The notes: generated by a model not told the origin, from the sequence alone. A DNA stretch of 64,000 nucleotides from Candidatus Aenigmatarchaeota archaeon (GCA_043814985.1 JBDRJK010000011.1:26778-90777); one strand, 5' to 3'; positions 9,520 through 18,987 are shown, counted from the first letter of the stretch. Numbers and translations: made by a program.

Positions 9520-9536
9520 TCCTGCCCTCCGCATTA
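9520..9536 (+). repeat. 17-bp direct repeat, copy 2
   Basis: Identical to 9003-9019. Confidence 0.8.
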
Positions 9537-9568
9537 ATCAATAAATAATTCCAGCAACAATTCTCTCT

Positions 9569-9622
9569 ATGGAACTTTCTTCTAATGCTTCGCTTTGCGC
9601 TAAGTGTAAAGGACGAATATAA
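9569..9622 (+). pseudogene. Displaced 5' remnant of nreA (MELSSNASLCAKCKGRI*)
   Basis: LCAKCKGR matches the NreA start LCVRCKGTR; TATA-like ATAAATA about 28 nt upstream. Confidence 0.75.
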
Positions 9623-9695
9623 TTTAATTTTCATTAAGTTATTTTCACATAAGGTGGTTAATAATCAATAAATATTCCACCAACAATATTTAGTT

Positions 9696-10931
9696 ATGGA
9701 TAATGGAATAGTTGATTTCTGGTCTTTACCCCATGACAAAATTTATTTAAATTTAGAAAATGAATTAAAGGAAAAAATTTTCAATTCTTCAAAAGAATAT
9801 GCTGGGAGCTGGAGCAAATTAGGAAAATGTCTTGGCCTTTCCCTAAACAAATATGGAAGCTGTAAAATTATAGAAAGTGCTAGATGTAAAAAATTTAGTT
9901 TATTTTTACTTGATAAAATTATAGATTATTTGAATTCTAATGGCGAGAAAATAGATAAGAAGAATATAGAAAAGAAAATAACAGTACTTTCCTCTAAAAG
10001 AGGAGGTTCAAACAAGTTAGCCAACAGTATTTTCAATCCAAAGATACCCTTTAATTTTAATACTGTTGACGGTGCTACTGTCCTTTCTTCCATTTTTTAT
10101 GATGGTGGAATTAACAGCAACCTATTGCCTCATTATAGTAATCCAGACAATGTAGAACTGAGGAAAAGTGTGTTCGATTCTTTCACAAATGTTTTTGGCA
10201 CATTCAAATCTAAAAAAAGCAACCCCTTAGAAAATCCTCAGCTATACTTCCCAAAAATAGTCGGAGTAATTCTTGTTTATGGTTTAGGATTATCTTATGG
10301 AAGAAAAGTTGTAAATAATCCATCCATACCAGAATTCTTATTTGAATCCTCTGAAGAAATAAAATCATCATTTCTTCGACAAGCCTTTGATGATGAAGGC
10401 TCTGTCCACAAGACTAAAAGAAATATAAGTTTCAAATTGGCCTCTTCTTCTGAAAGACCTGCTAAACTTCTTACCGGTGTAAAATGTCTGTTAGAGAGTC
10501 TAAACATAGAGAGCAATGGTCCTCATTATGTTGATACATACAATACTAAGAACGGCATTACAGCTTCCAGATGGAGAATATCTGTAACACATCAAGATAA
10601 TTTAAAAAAGTTTTATGAAAAAATTGGTTTTCATTCATCCTATAAGAAAAATAGACTTAAGAATATTATTCATACATTAAAATACCCTCATTATTCTGTT
10701 AAAAATAGAAACAAAATTATTATAAAATCTTGCAGTGAACTTCAAAAAAGATACGGTTTTATAACTAGCAGAGAACTTGCAATACAAATCGACAGAAGTC
10801 GGGTCTTAGCTAAAAAGGTTATTCGAAAATTAGTAGATAGGAAAGTTCTCTTAGTTAAAGAATGCCGCCATGGAAATATGGGAGCTAAATATGTTTTAAG
10901 TGATAATTATGAATCTTTGTGTAAGATGTAA
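9696..10931 (+). CDS. Free-standing double-motif LAGLIDADG endonuclease-like protein with C-terminal wHTH
   Basis: VLSSIFYDGG and SFLRQAFDDEGSV motifs; KKFYEKIGF; C-terminal ITSRELA...IRKLVD helix-turn-helix; no intein splicing termini; AT-rich. Confidence 0.82.
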   Translation: MDNGIVDFWSLPHDKIYLNLENELKEKIFNSSKEYAGSWSKLGKCLGLSLNKYGSCKIIESARCKKFSLFLLDKIIDYLNSNGEKIDKKNIEKKITVLSSKRGGSNKLANSIFNPKIPFNFNTVDGATVLSSIFYDGGINSNLLPHYSNPDNVELRKSVFDSFTNVFGTFKSKKSNPLENPQLYFPKIVGVILVYGLGLSYGRKVVNNPSIPEFLFESSEEIKSSFLRQAFDDEGSVHKTKRNISFKLASSSERPAKLLTGVKCLLESLNIESNGPHYVDTYNTKNGITASRWRISVTHQDNLKKFYEKIGFHSSYKKNRLKNIIHTLKYPHYSVKNRNKIIIKSCSELQKRYGFITSRELAIQIDRSRVLAKKVIRKLVDRKVLLVKECRHGNMGAKYVLSDNYESLCKM

Positions 10932-12123
10932 AGGTACTAGGATTTTATGTGGAAAAAGTAGTTGTCCATTGTTGATAAAGTTCTATAGTTATATGAGAAC
11001 TAAACCACTTATTGATTCGACTACTCTCAATGGTTCATCGCCACCAGCTTGCTTTGTAGGTTCTTATGGATATCCCAAGGTTTTCGTGGGGCCCTTGGTG
11101 CCGCCGAAACACGGTGACACCAGCTTCATGGACACGCCTGAGATGTGGAGGGGCAAGACAATGTGGGACATAGTCGACTTCAGGTTCCAGCTGGTGAGGG
11201 GCAAGTTCGTGACTGATGTCAAGAACTTTGAGGGAAAGATAATCGAGCGGACTAGGGAGATTGCCCTGGCTCAGGAGTCTCCCAGTGCTGAGGTTGAGTT
11301 CAAGAACAAACCAAGAGGATTATCCTTTAACAGTGAGACACAGCCCTTTGGTCCGTCGGCAAATGTCATTGGCCTTAATATTGAAAACAAGGGCTACAAC
11401 AAGAAAATAGAAAAAGCGTTCTACGACACTGACCTGAAGGCTGTGCCTGCTGTTGTTGATCTTTACAAGAACGGCGTGCTGATTTCAAAAATACAGAAGG
11501 CTTTTTCTGTGGGTGCGTTTGGAATCGGAAAGAGCAGGAGATTCGTTCCAACGCGCTGGAGCATAACAGCTGTTGATGACATGATTTCAAAACATCTCAT
11601 AGAGCAGGTAAAAACATTCCCGCTGATAAACGAGTATCTGGTTTACGAGCACGCTGCTTTGGACAACCGCTGGTTTGTTTTAATGATACCACACGAATGG
11701 AGTTACGAGCAGATGGAAGCGTGGTATCCCAAGACATTGTGGAACCCGTCTGATGCAATTGACATATCAACAGCATGGGAAGGTTTCAACGGACTAAAGG
11801 GCTATCCGGATACAGCTGGCTGCTACTTTTCCACGAGGCTGGCTGCCACCGAGTACCTTGCCAATGAAAGGAGGCAGGCTGCTGTAATAGTATTCAGGGA
11901 AATCCATCCAGGTTACACTGTTCCTGTGGGTGTCTGGCACACCCGAGAGAGCATAAGGGATGCTGTCAAGAAAACTCCTGTTAGATTCAGCTCAATGAGT
12001 GGCGCCTTGGACTATCTGTCAAAGAAGATGACCATACCTGTTAAGAGGTGGGTTGAAAAATCCAGTCTTCTTAGGAACCTGATGCGACAGAGAAAGCTGT
12101 CAGACTTCATCAAGCCTTTCTAA
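10909..12123 (+). CDS. nreA: Archaeal DNA repair protein NreA
   Basis: LCVRCKG..LCG..CP Zn finger, GSSPP..FVG.YGYPKV, RRFVPTRWSITAVDD, C-terminal PIP box QRKLSDF. Confidence 0.93.
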   Translation: MNLCVRCKGTRILCGKSSCPLLIKFYSYMRTKPLIDSTTLNGSSPPACFVGSYGYPKVFVGPLVPPKHGDTSFMDTPEMWRGKTMWDIVDFRFQLVRGKFVTDVKNFEGKIIERTREIALAQESPSAEVEFKNKPRGLSFNSETQPFGPSANVIGLNIENKGYNKKIEKAFYDTDLKAVPAVVDLYKNGVLISKIQKAFSVGAFGIGKSRRFVPTRWSITAVDDMISKHLIEQVKTFPLINEYLVYEHAALDNRWFVLMIPHEWSYEQMEAWYPKTLWNPSDAIDISTAWEGFNGLKGYPDTAGCYFSTRLAATEYLANERRQAAVIVFREIHPGYTVPVGVWHTRESIRDAVKKTPVRFSSMSGALDYLSKKMTIPVKRWVEKSSLLRNLMRQRKLSDFIKPF

Positions 12124-12149
12124 GATAATTTAAAGTAAGGGCTGTGCTA
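12092..12149 (+). repeat. 58-bp diverged direct repeat, copy 1 (nreA 3' end plus downstream TATA region)
   Basis: 50/58 identical to 12843-12900 by manual alignment. Confidence 0.9.
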
Positions 12150-12800
12150 CTAGATGCCCAATAACATTGCAAGGGATTCAGAATCATGTCTCACGAAAGT
12201 TGCTCTGGGCCATTTTTTCTTTTGCTCTTTCTTGATTCTGTTTAGAGTACTGTTGTCAAACGACCTATAATCATCTGTTGCTATATTACAACCGAGTTCC
12301 ACTGAAGCTACTGCCACTGAGAAATCTCCATTCTCTTTCAGAATTTCTGAAATAACAGGATATTTTTTTCGATAATATTCGGTTGGCATGAAGGCATTGC
12401 ATACATTTTCTTTATTTTTTCTTAACCATTGTTTTATGTTTTCAGTCCCAGCCTTTTTTTCAAAGTTTCTGAGTTCTGCATAAACGTTATTTGTTATTAC
12501 AGGGCAAATACCAGCATCAATGAGAAGTCCTTCTTCAATAGCATCAACTATTTTCATTCCCCTTTTATGATAAATAATGCTCTTTTTCATCAGAAATCCT
12601 CTTTTTTTCCCGTATGCGTGTTGTTGGCATTTTAAAAATTCATTTATATTCCTGCTTTCTTTTGGAATTACTGACGATATTAAAATATTCGTGTCAAAGA
12701 CACTAATGTTTTCCCTTGGAATATTTACAAATTTCTCGAAATTAATTTCATCCATGTATATGGATTTTGGATTTAATTTTTCCAGTGTCTCCATAAGCAA
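12150..12800 (-). CDS. PIN-domain ribonuclease-like protein
   Basis: VFDTNILI, VYAEL, GDFSVA, IATDD acidic tetrad. Confidence 0.75.
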   Translation of the reverse strand: MLMETLEKLNPKSIYMDEINFEKFVNIPRENISVFDTNILISSVIPKESRNINEFLKCQQHAYGKKRGFLMKKSIIYHKRGMKIVDAIEEGLLIDAGICPVITNNVYAELRNFEKKAGTENIKQWLRKNKENVCNAFMPTEYYRKKYPVISEILKENGDFSVAVASVELGCNIATDDYRSFDNSTLNRIKKEQKKKWPRATFVRHDSESLAMLLGI

Positions 12801-12842
12801 AAAATGTGTATAAAGCTTTAAAAGTCTTTAATTGGACTTCTT

Positions 12843-12900
12843 GAAAGCTGTCAGACTCCATCAAGCCCTTCTGAATAAACTTAAAGTACGGGCTGTGCTA
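12843..12900 (+). repeat. 58-bp diverged direct repeat, copy 2 (nreA 3' remnant KLSDSIKPF*)
   Basis: Matches 12092-12149. Confidence 0.9.
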
Positions 12901-12918
12901 TTAATAATAGGTGAAAAA

Positions 12919-13593
12919 ATGAAAACAATAGTCGTTTTGGCAAGTTTGATTCTAATAGTAAGCTTTGCAGTTACAGCATTCGCAGCACAGGAGCAAATAG
13001 GTGTTGGAACAACAGCAACAGCAGTGAAGACAGCAGCAACACCAGCTGCAATACCAGTTAATCAGAAGAACCAGTTCAAACAAACACTGAGAAATTACTT
13101 CAAACCAGTTAATCACGGCTACGGCATAGGCTTTACAGAAGAGACCTATATAACAGCGAAGTGGCACATCACCAATGTCAAGATTTTGCCAAGGGTCAAT
13201 GTCAATACAATGATAAGGGAAGTTAAGCAAGGAAACAACACTGACTGGGATGCTTTGAGAACTAGGATAAGAGAAGCATTGAATGCAGGAACCACTACTG
13301 TGAAAAAAGGCAGGATAAGAATAGAGGGAAGGGATTATGCCTTGACCAATATAGTTGTTTCTAGCGAATCAATAACAGCAGACATAAACCAGGTACCGAA
13401 CTATTCGGCATGCAAGAATGATGACTTATCTGCAGAGGATTGTGAAACCAGTTCTGAGAAAGTAGGTGATATCTCAATGACAAAGAAGACCAAGGCAAGC
13501 CAGGAAGTGGCAGGCCGTGAGAAAGTATGGGCTGGAACTTTGACTCTCAATGGCATAGGGTACACATTCGTTACCTTCGTATATCCAAAGTGA
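12919..13593 (+). CDS. Secreted hypothetical protein
   Basis: GGTGA SD, then signal peptide MKTIVVLASLILIVSFAVTAFA; Ala/Thr-rich linker. Confidence 0.7.
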   Translation: MKTIVVLASLILIVSFAVTAFAAQEQIGVGTTATAVKTAATPAAIPVNQKNQFKQTLRNYFKPVNHGYGIGFTEETYITAKWHITNVKILPRVNVNTMIREVKQGNNTDWDALRTRIREALNAGTTTVKKGRIRIEGRDYALTNIVVSSESITADINQVPNYSACKNDDLSAEDCETSSEKVGDISMTKKTKASQEVAGREKVWAGTLTLNGIGYTFVTFVYPK

Positions 13594-13597
13594 TTGA

Positions 13598-13879
13598 ATG
13601 AACAAATTGATTATAGCTGTGGTTATAGTGATAATAGCAGCTGTGGCAATAATGATGCTGCCTCCAGCTAAACAGGAAACAGGAACATCAGACACAGTTA
13701 CAATTCAGGAAGGGGCAACAGCAGAACAGACAACAGTGGACGAGTCATACCTTCTAGAGGATTTGTACATCAGCATGCTAGAAGAGGAAATGGATGCCCT
13801 GGATATGGAACAGACAGACTACAACAGCGAGATGGAAGAACAACTAGCTTCTGATATGAGCCAATTCTATTACGAATGA
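13598..13879 (+). CDS. Small acidic protein with N-terminal membrane anchor
   Basis: N-terminal TM, acidic tail, followed by a T-rich terminator. Confidence 0.6.
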   Translation: MNKLIIAVVIVIIAAVAIMMLPPAKQETGTSDTVTIQEGATAEQTTVDESYLLEDLYISMLEEEMDALDMEQTDYNSEMEEQLASDMSQFYYE

Positions 13880-13916
13880 TTTTCTTTTTCTTTTGTTTTA
13901 ATTTATTTAGAATTAG

Positions 13917-14051
13917 TTATTGACTGAACAGTCCGAGTCTTCTTACTGCATCTCTGACAGCCTCGGACCTGTTAGGGTAAATGCCCTGTTCAATTAATTG
14001 ATCAATCTTCTCTATCAATTCTCTTGTCAGCCTGATTTGTATTGGGTGCAT
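13917..14051 (-). CDS. Ribbon-helix-helix (CopG/CdrS-like) regulator, 44 aa, missing from the ORF track
   Basis: MHPIQIRLTRELIEKIDQLIEQGIYPNRSEAVRDAVRRLGLFSQ*. Confidence 0.9.
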   Translation of the reverse strand: MHPIQIRLTRELIEKIDQLIEQGIYPNRSEAVRDAVRRLGLFSQ

Positions 14052-14130
14052 TTAATCACTTTAGAAAACTTGGACAGAAAAGGATTTAAGCTTGAATTTT
14101 TTTTGTGCTTCTATAAGTTTTCTTATAAAA

Positions 14131-14198
14131 GTGCGTAATTTGTAGGACAAGTGTTAGACAAACGTAGTTGATGCGTAATGCTGGAAAAGCAATAAATA
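14131..14198 (+). promoter_or_regulatory. Two TGCGTAAT motifs upstream of the TATA box of the giant surface-protein gene
   Basis: TGCGTAAT at 14132 and 14172, AATAAATA at 14191; the motif recurs at 19933 and 22720. Confidence 0.55.
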
Positions 14199-14261
14199 GT
14201 TTCAGTTACCATTAATCTTTGTGTGTTTTACACAAAAAAATATTCTATGTGAGGTGAGTAA

Positions 14262-15338
14262 ATGAGTTTAGTTAGTAAAAGATTGAAAGGTAGTTCCGGC
14301 GCTGTCAAGGGCGCAATTGTTCTACTCACACTCGCGTTCATAGTTGCTAGCGTGAGCTATGTAATACCTGCTTTGGCTGTTCATAGTTCATCTGCTGTAA
14401 TCAGTCCAGAATGGGTTATACCAAGTTCTGAATACACATTCACCATAAATGTAACACATACTTATGTTGGCGGTGACGCCATAAGGGAAGTTAGAATATA
14501 CAATAATACGCCAGGACATGAGGGTTTTGTTTGCGGTGTTGCTCCTTCTGGATGGTGGCTTATTGACCAAACAGGAACTTCTAATTACTGCCAATACCAA
14601 ACAAACACCAATTGGCTTTATTATGATGATTTTGAAGACTTTACTTTCAAGGCAACAATGATTCAGGCCGAATGTACTTTGGTCACATGTTCTCATCTTT
14701 TTAGAACATCAACAATAGATATCAAGGAACCACAAGGAGAGTTGTTCTATAATCTACCTGAAGTAAAGGTTGATTGTTTTGATCCTATAACAACAAAAAC
14801 ATATGGGGATCCTAAAAAACTTTTAGATGAACATTGGATTAATTCTTCAACGCCAATAACACTCACAGCAACAGATAATAAGGACTGTGATTCTGGTGTT
14901 GATTACATAAAGTATAGGTACTGTCTTGATTCCGGCTGTTATGAAGGCGAACCATGTGACTGTAGGGATGATCCTTGGACTACAGTAGATGACTATACAG
15001 ATACATTCACAATTCCAGAAGATTCTGAACACTGTATAGAATTTTATGCTGTAGACAATGTAGGTAATGATGAAAAGATAAAATCGCAGTGTGTTTTTGT
15101 TGACAATCAACCGCCTTATTCTGTTAAGGAAGTTGGTGATCCAAAGCTCCCACAGGATATAGAGGAAGAAGGTAGCGGAGATGCAGGATGGTCGACAGAA
15201 GGAGAATATAATTCACCGACCCATTCAGCAAAGCTTTATGTTGCAAACGGAGGAAATGACTGGGCTGGAGTTGATATAGAAGTTGATAAAGCTTTAAAAG
15301 ATATTACTGAATTATCATTTTGGGAGAAAGTAGCATGA
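14262..15338 (+). CDS. Giant acidic Cys-rich surface protein, N-terminal part (frameshifted)
   Basis: Signal/TM segment and first HxIEFYAVDNVGN repeat; ends in mid-domain. Confidence 0.75.
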   Translation: MSLVSKRLKGSSGAVKGAIVLLTLAFIVASVSYVIPALAVHSSSAVISPEWVIPSSEYTFTINVTHTYVGGDAIREVRIYNNTPGHEGFVCGVAPSGWWLIDQTGTSNYCQYQTNTNWLYYDDFEDFTFKATMIQAECTLVTCSHLFRTSTIDIKEPQGELFYNLPEVKVDCFDPITTKTYGDPKKLLDEHWINSSTPITLTATDNKDCDSGVDYIKYRYCLDSGCYEGEPCDCRDDPWTTVDDYTDTFTIPEDSEHCIEFYAVDNVGNDEKIKSQCVFVDNQPPYSVKEVGDPKLPQDIEEEGSGDAGWSTEGEYNSPTHSAKLYVANGGNDWAGVDIEVDKALKDITELSFWEKVA

Positions 15339-15354
15339 TGACACATTCGTAGAA

Positions 15355-18300
15355 ATGGATGGGGCATTGGGACCGCTAGGCAGTACATTTGACTGGACAA
15401 AGATAGATGCTCTTGCTACACCAAGATGGTGGACACCTAATGCTGGTGGAGATGGTTTATCTGGAGCTGGATATGGTTATACTGTACCACCTGCTCTCTA
15501 TGATACATTCACCAATCTTTTGACTAAAATTGATGACGGAACTTGGGATACGAATATTCCTGACACCAATGTGAAAGTAAAACTAATAAAACTAGTTATA
15601 GGTGGCTCAGGAAGTTGGATGAATGAAACAGCATTTGTAGATGATTTAAGTTTGAATAATGTCATCATAATGTCTGAACCACCAGAATATTGGGTAACTC
15701 AAAATACATCAATAACATTGGATTGTGTAGATCCAGAGCCTCATCCAGTTGATCAAGAAACTTTGTGCTATAGAGTATCTTTACACGATGATGGATTGGA
15801 GTATATAACAAACAATCCAGGTAAATATTGTGACACCTTCGGAGGAACAAAAGACGAAGATTGGTGTTGTGTAAATGTTGGTGTCAACCCACTACCAATT
15901 CATTTCTTAGAAGATTCACACCATAACCTGGAATACTTCTGTGAAGACTATCTTGGCAATACAGAAAGTCCATTTAATATACAGTGGTATTATGTTGATA
16001 CTGTACCGCCAGCAACGACCAAAACATATGAGCCTGGTGTGTATGTAGACGGAAATACAGAGTATGCAGACACTGTTCATAGAGTAATATTGGAATCAGA
16101 TGACGTAGGCGATATTTGTGTAATTGGTTTGGATGAAATATATTATAGGGTCAGAGTTTTGAAGAACCCGAACAACTGGCATTACTGTTATGACGGTTGT
16201 GACGGATGGAACGGAATACCAGACCATTTGGAAGCTTTCCAAGCAACCCCATGGTTAACCTATGATGTGCCATTCGGTTTGCCAGAGGAATCTTGTAACG
16301 TTATTGAATATTATGCTGTAGACAGTTTAGGAAACGAAGAAACAGTTAAAAGACAGTGTGTATTCTATGATGCAACAGACCCAGTGACTGAAAAGAGTTA
16401 TGGAGAGCCATTCTTCAGTCCTGATGGAAATGTTACAAAGTGGATAAACACAAGTACTGAAATAACCCTTGCTGCAACAGACCCCGAACCACATCCTTCT
16501 GGTGTTAAGGAAACAAATTATAGAGTAACATTACTAGGAAGCAATGAGGCATGTGAAAGTAATAGTAGATGCCAAGAAATAAAAATAGATGGGGGTGGTT
16601 GGACACCATATACGGTCCCATTTACAATTGGAGAAGAATCATGCCATTTGATTGAATATTATAGCGTTGATAATGTCGATAAAGATGAGGACATAAATAG
16701 GCAGTGTGTATTTGTTGAAGACACAGCACCAACTATTTTGGAAAAGACAGTCGGTCAGCCAAGTTTTGAGAGAGAAGGAAAGACTTACATATCAGGCCAG
16801 AGTCCAATAACCATGAGATGTGAGGATCGGGGAGACCACCCAGTAGATTATGTCTCAATGTGGTACAGATACAGGGTGAGTGATGACTGTGCAACGTGGG
16901 GACCTTGGATTACAGACGGTTGCCAGGATCAAGTTGTGAACGGATGGTGTGATCCAACAGGACAAGGTGTAGTTGAAAAGACAATATACTTCCCACAAGA
17001 CTCCTGCCATGAATTAGAATACTATTGTGTGGACGCACTAGGCAACGAGGCACAGCATGAATTCGAGATTGATGTTGTTGACAATCAGGCACCTGAAATA
17101 GAAAAAATAATAGTCGGTCCGCAATGGGGAGACTGTCCACCTGGAGAAGGTGATACATGCTTTGTTGACAGTGCAACCGAGATAATTGTTAATGCAAGCG
17201 ATCCAGAGCCACATCCAGCAGGTGAAGTGCTTTGTGATTGGAATGTTGTTGTAAAGAATGTTGCAGGAGCAGAGATTGACAGTTATGGAGATAGTGGAAT
17301 TACTCCACCATTCCCAATAACCTTCCCAGAAGAATCGTTCCACGAATTAACAATAGATTGTTATGATAGACTTGGAAATAATGCATACGATTTTGAAGTT
17401 TTCGAAGCTGATCATACATCACCTTTAATTTTGAAGAGTTACAATCCAGAAGAAATATATCGCGAAGGCAATGGATGGTGGGCAGAGTGGATAGACTCAG
17501 ATACAGAAATAAACATTGAAGTAACTGACGATGGAGATCATAAATCAGGAATTAAAGAAGTCAAGTATCGTTATACAAGACAAGACAATGATGAATATTG
17601 TAACTACACTGTTGAAGACCAATATGAGTGTGAAGATGCAGTCGGAACTGGTGTTTGGACATATGTTGACCCAGCAGATTTTGATGACTTTACTTTCCAA
17701 ATACCACAAGACTCATGTCACTTAATTGAAATAGTAGCAACAGACAATGTAGATAAAGAAAATTATCATAAACAGTGTGTATACGTTGACAATCAAGGAC
17801 CAGACCCATTGAAAGAAGTATATGATCCAAAAGCAATGTGGACTCCAGGTATAGACGGAGATCAACCAAGTTACTTCTATCCTGAAGAAACTGCACATTG
17901 TTGGGATGGAACAGAGTTTTCAATAGACTGCTGGAAAGTTACAATGATGACAAGAATATCTCTTGACTGCGAAGACAAGCAGCCACACCCAGTTGATCAT
18001 GAAGGCGTTTGCTTCAAAGTTGGTTTGGATGGAGAAGACGCAACTGAAGAATACTGTAACAGCAATGAAGAAGTATCCTGTGTCTTAGATTGCACTGATA
18101 ACGAAAATGACATCAAGGGAGAAATGATTGATGGTTGGTGTTGTGTCGATGGTACAATAGAAAACTTTTATTTCCAAGAAGAAACAGAGCACAACCTAAA
18201 GTATTATTGTACTGATGCTTTAGGAAATGTAGGACCAGAAGACGAAGAGAAGTTCAAGGTTGAAGGAACAACATTTGAAATACCATTGTACAAGAAGTGG

Positions 18301-18987
18301 AACTTGATATCAGTGCCATTTGTATTATTGGACGACGACCCAGAAGTGGTATTCAATAATGTAAAAGAAAACATAATATCAGTCTGGGCATATGACGGAG
18401 ACAAGGTATTATGTGGTCAAGAGTGGTGCGTATGGACACCAGGAGATGGTCCAGATAATCTAAGAATAATACCAGGTTGGGGTTATTGGGTATTGACAAA
18501 CCTGACAGAAGAACCAGTAGAGGTATTGATTGGAGGAAGCTTGTTCAGTCCAAGAACAACGCCACCAAGCAGGGATTTGGTTTCAGGATGGAACCTGATT
18601 GGTTACTATGGAACAAGTTGGGAACTGTATGAATGTGGAGACTTTGAGCCAACATGCAGACCAGGAATCAATTGGTTCCCAGGCAAGTACATATACGGAG
18701 ACCAAGTATACTGCGCCTTGAACTCGCTGGTAGACACACAAGAAGGATATCCAAGATGGAGTTCATTGTGGAGTTACATAAGCTGTGGAAGTCACACTGC
18801 ATATTGGTTAGGATTGAACACATGTGCAGACCCAGATAGTCCACTACAATCAAACCTTGACAGAATGTATGCAGGTCGTGGATACTGGTTAGAGTTGGAT
18901 GTAGCAGACATGTATGCACCAGCAACAACTTGTCTATGGAACAGTGACTATGAATGCAGATGGTCAGGCGGCGGAATAATACCTTAG
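15355..18987 (+). CDS. Giant acidic Cys-rich surface protein, C-terminal part (Ig-like repeats, WNLI motifs)
   Basis: Seven more H/N-x-(I/L)EYYxxDxxGN-type repeats with DPEPHP motifs; KWNLISVP and GWNLIGY near the C-terminus; no signal peptide of its own. Confidence 0.8.
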   Translation: MDGALGPLGSTFDWTKIDALATPRWWTPNAGGDGLSGAGYGYTVPPALYDTFTNLLTKIDDGTWDTNIPDTNVKVKLIKLVIGGSGSWMNETAFVDDLSLNNVIIMSEPPEYWVTQNTSITLDCVDPEPHPVDQETLCYRVSLHDDGLEYITNNPGKYCDTFGGTKDEDWCCVNVGVNPLPIHFLEDSHHNLEYFCEDYLGNTESPFNIQWYYVDTVPPATTKTYEPGVYVDGNTEYADTVHRVILESDDVGDICVIGLDEIYYRVRVLKNPNNWHYCYDGCDGWNGIPDHLEAFQATPWLTYDVPFGLPEESCNVIEYYAVDSLGNEETVKRQCVFYDATDPVTEKSYGEPFFSPDGNVTKWINTSTEITLAATDPEPHPSGVKETNYRVTLLGSNEACESNSRCQEIKIDGGGWTPYTVPFTIGEESCHLIEYYSVDNVDKDEDINRQCVFVEDTAPTILEKTVGQPSFEREGKTYISGQSPITMRCEDRGDHPVDYVSMWYRYRVSDDCATWGPWITDGCQDQVVNGWCDPTGQGVVEKTIYFPQDSCHELEYYCVDALGNEAQHEFEIDVVDNQAPEIEKIIVGPQWGDCPPGEGDTCFVDSATEIIVNASDPEPHPAGEVLCDWNVVVKNVAGAEIDSYGDSGITPPFPITFPEESFHELTIDCYDRLGNNAYDFEVFEADHTSPLILKSYNPEEIYREGNGWWAEWIDSDTEINIEVTDDGDHKSGIKEVKYRYTRQDNDEYCNYTVEDQYECEDAVGTGVWTYVDPADFDDFTFQIPQDSCHLIEIVATDNVDKENYHKQCVYVDNQGPDPLKEVYDPKAMWTPGIDGDQPSYFYPEETAHCWDGTEFSIDCWKVTMMTRISLDCEDKQPHPVDHEGVCFKVGLDGEDATEEYCNSNEEVSCVLDCTDNENDIKGEMIDGWCCVDGTIENFYFQEETEHNLKYYCTDALGNVGPEDEEKFKVEGTTFEIPLYKKWNLISVPFVLLDDDPEVVFNNVKENIISVWAYDGDKVLCGQEWCVWTPGDGPDNLRIIPGWGYWVLTNLTEEPVEVLIGGSLFSPRTTPPSRDLVSGWNLIGYYGTSWELYECGDFEPTCRPGINWFPGKYIYGDQVYCALNSLVDTQEGYPRWSSLWSYISCGSHTAYWLGLNTCADPDSPLQSNLDRMYAGRGYWLELDVADMYAPATTCLWNSDYECRWSGGGIIP

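Noticed and set aside
9570..9615. Possible integron attC site or RNase P RNA fragment (GCGAAGC, GAAGAAAGTTCC on the minus strand)
   Set aside because: No extended inverted repeat or further conserved regions; better explained as the nreA 5' remnant
9696..10931. LAGLIDADG gene as an intein or intron-encoded protein of nreA
   Set aside because: Separate frame with its own start and stop, no C/S...HN splicing termini, and nreA has a complete N-terminus of its own; I saw no convincing bulge-helix-bulge
12832..12918. ORF-track N-terminal extensions (also 42033, 8065, 61832, 59631)
   Set aside because: Downstream ATGs fit SD, signal-peptide or family starts; the extensions run through repeats, promoters or neighbouring genes
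15333..15341. TGA read-through or selenocysteine in the giant protein
   Set aside because: The continuation is in another frame and a second TGA follows; TGA is used as a normal stop elsewhere
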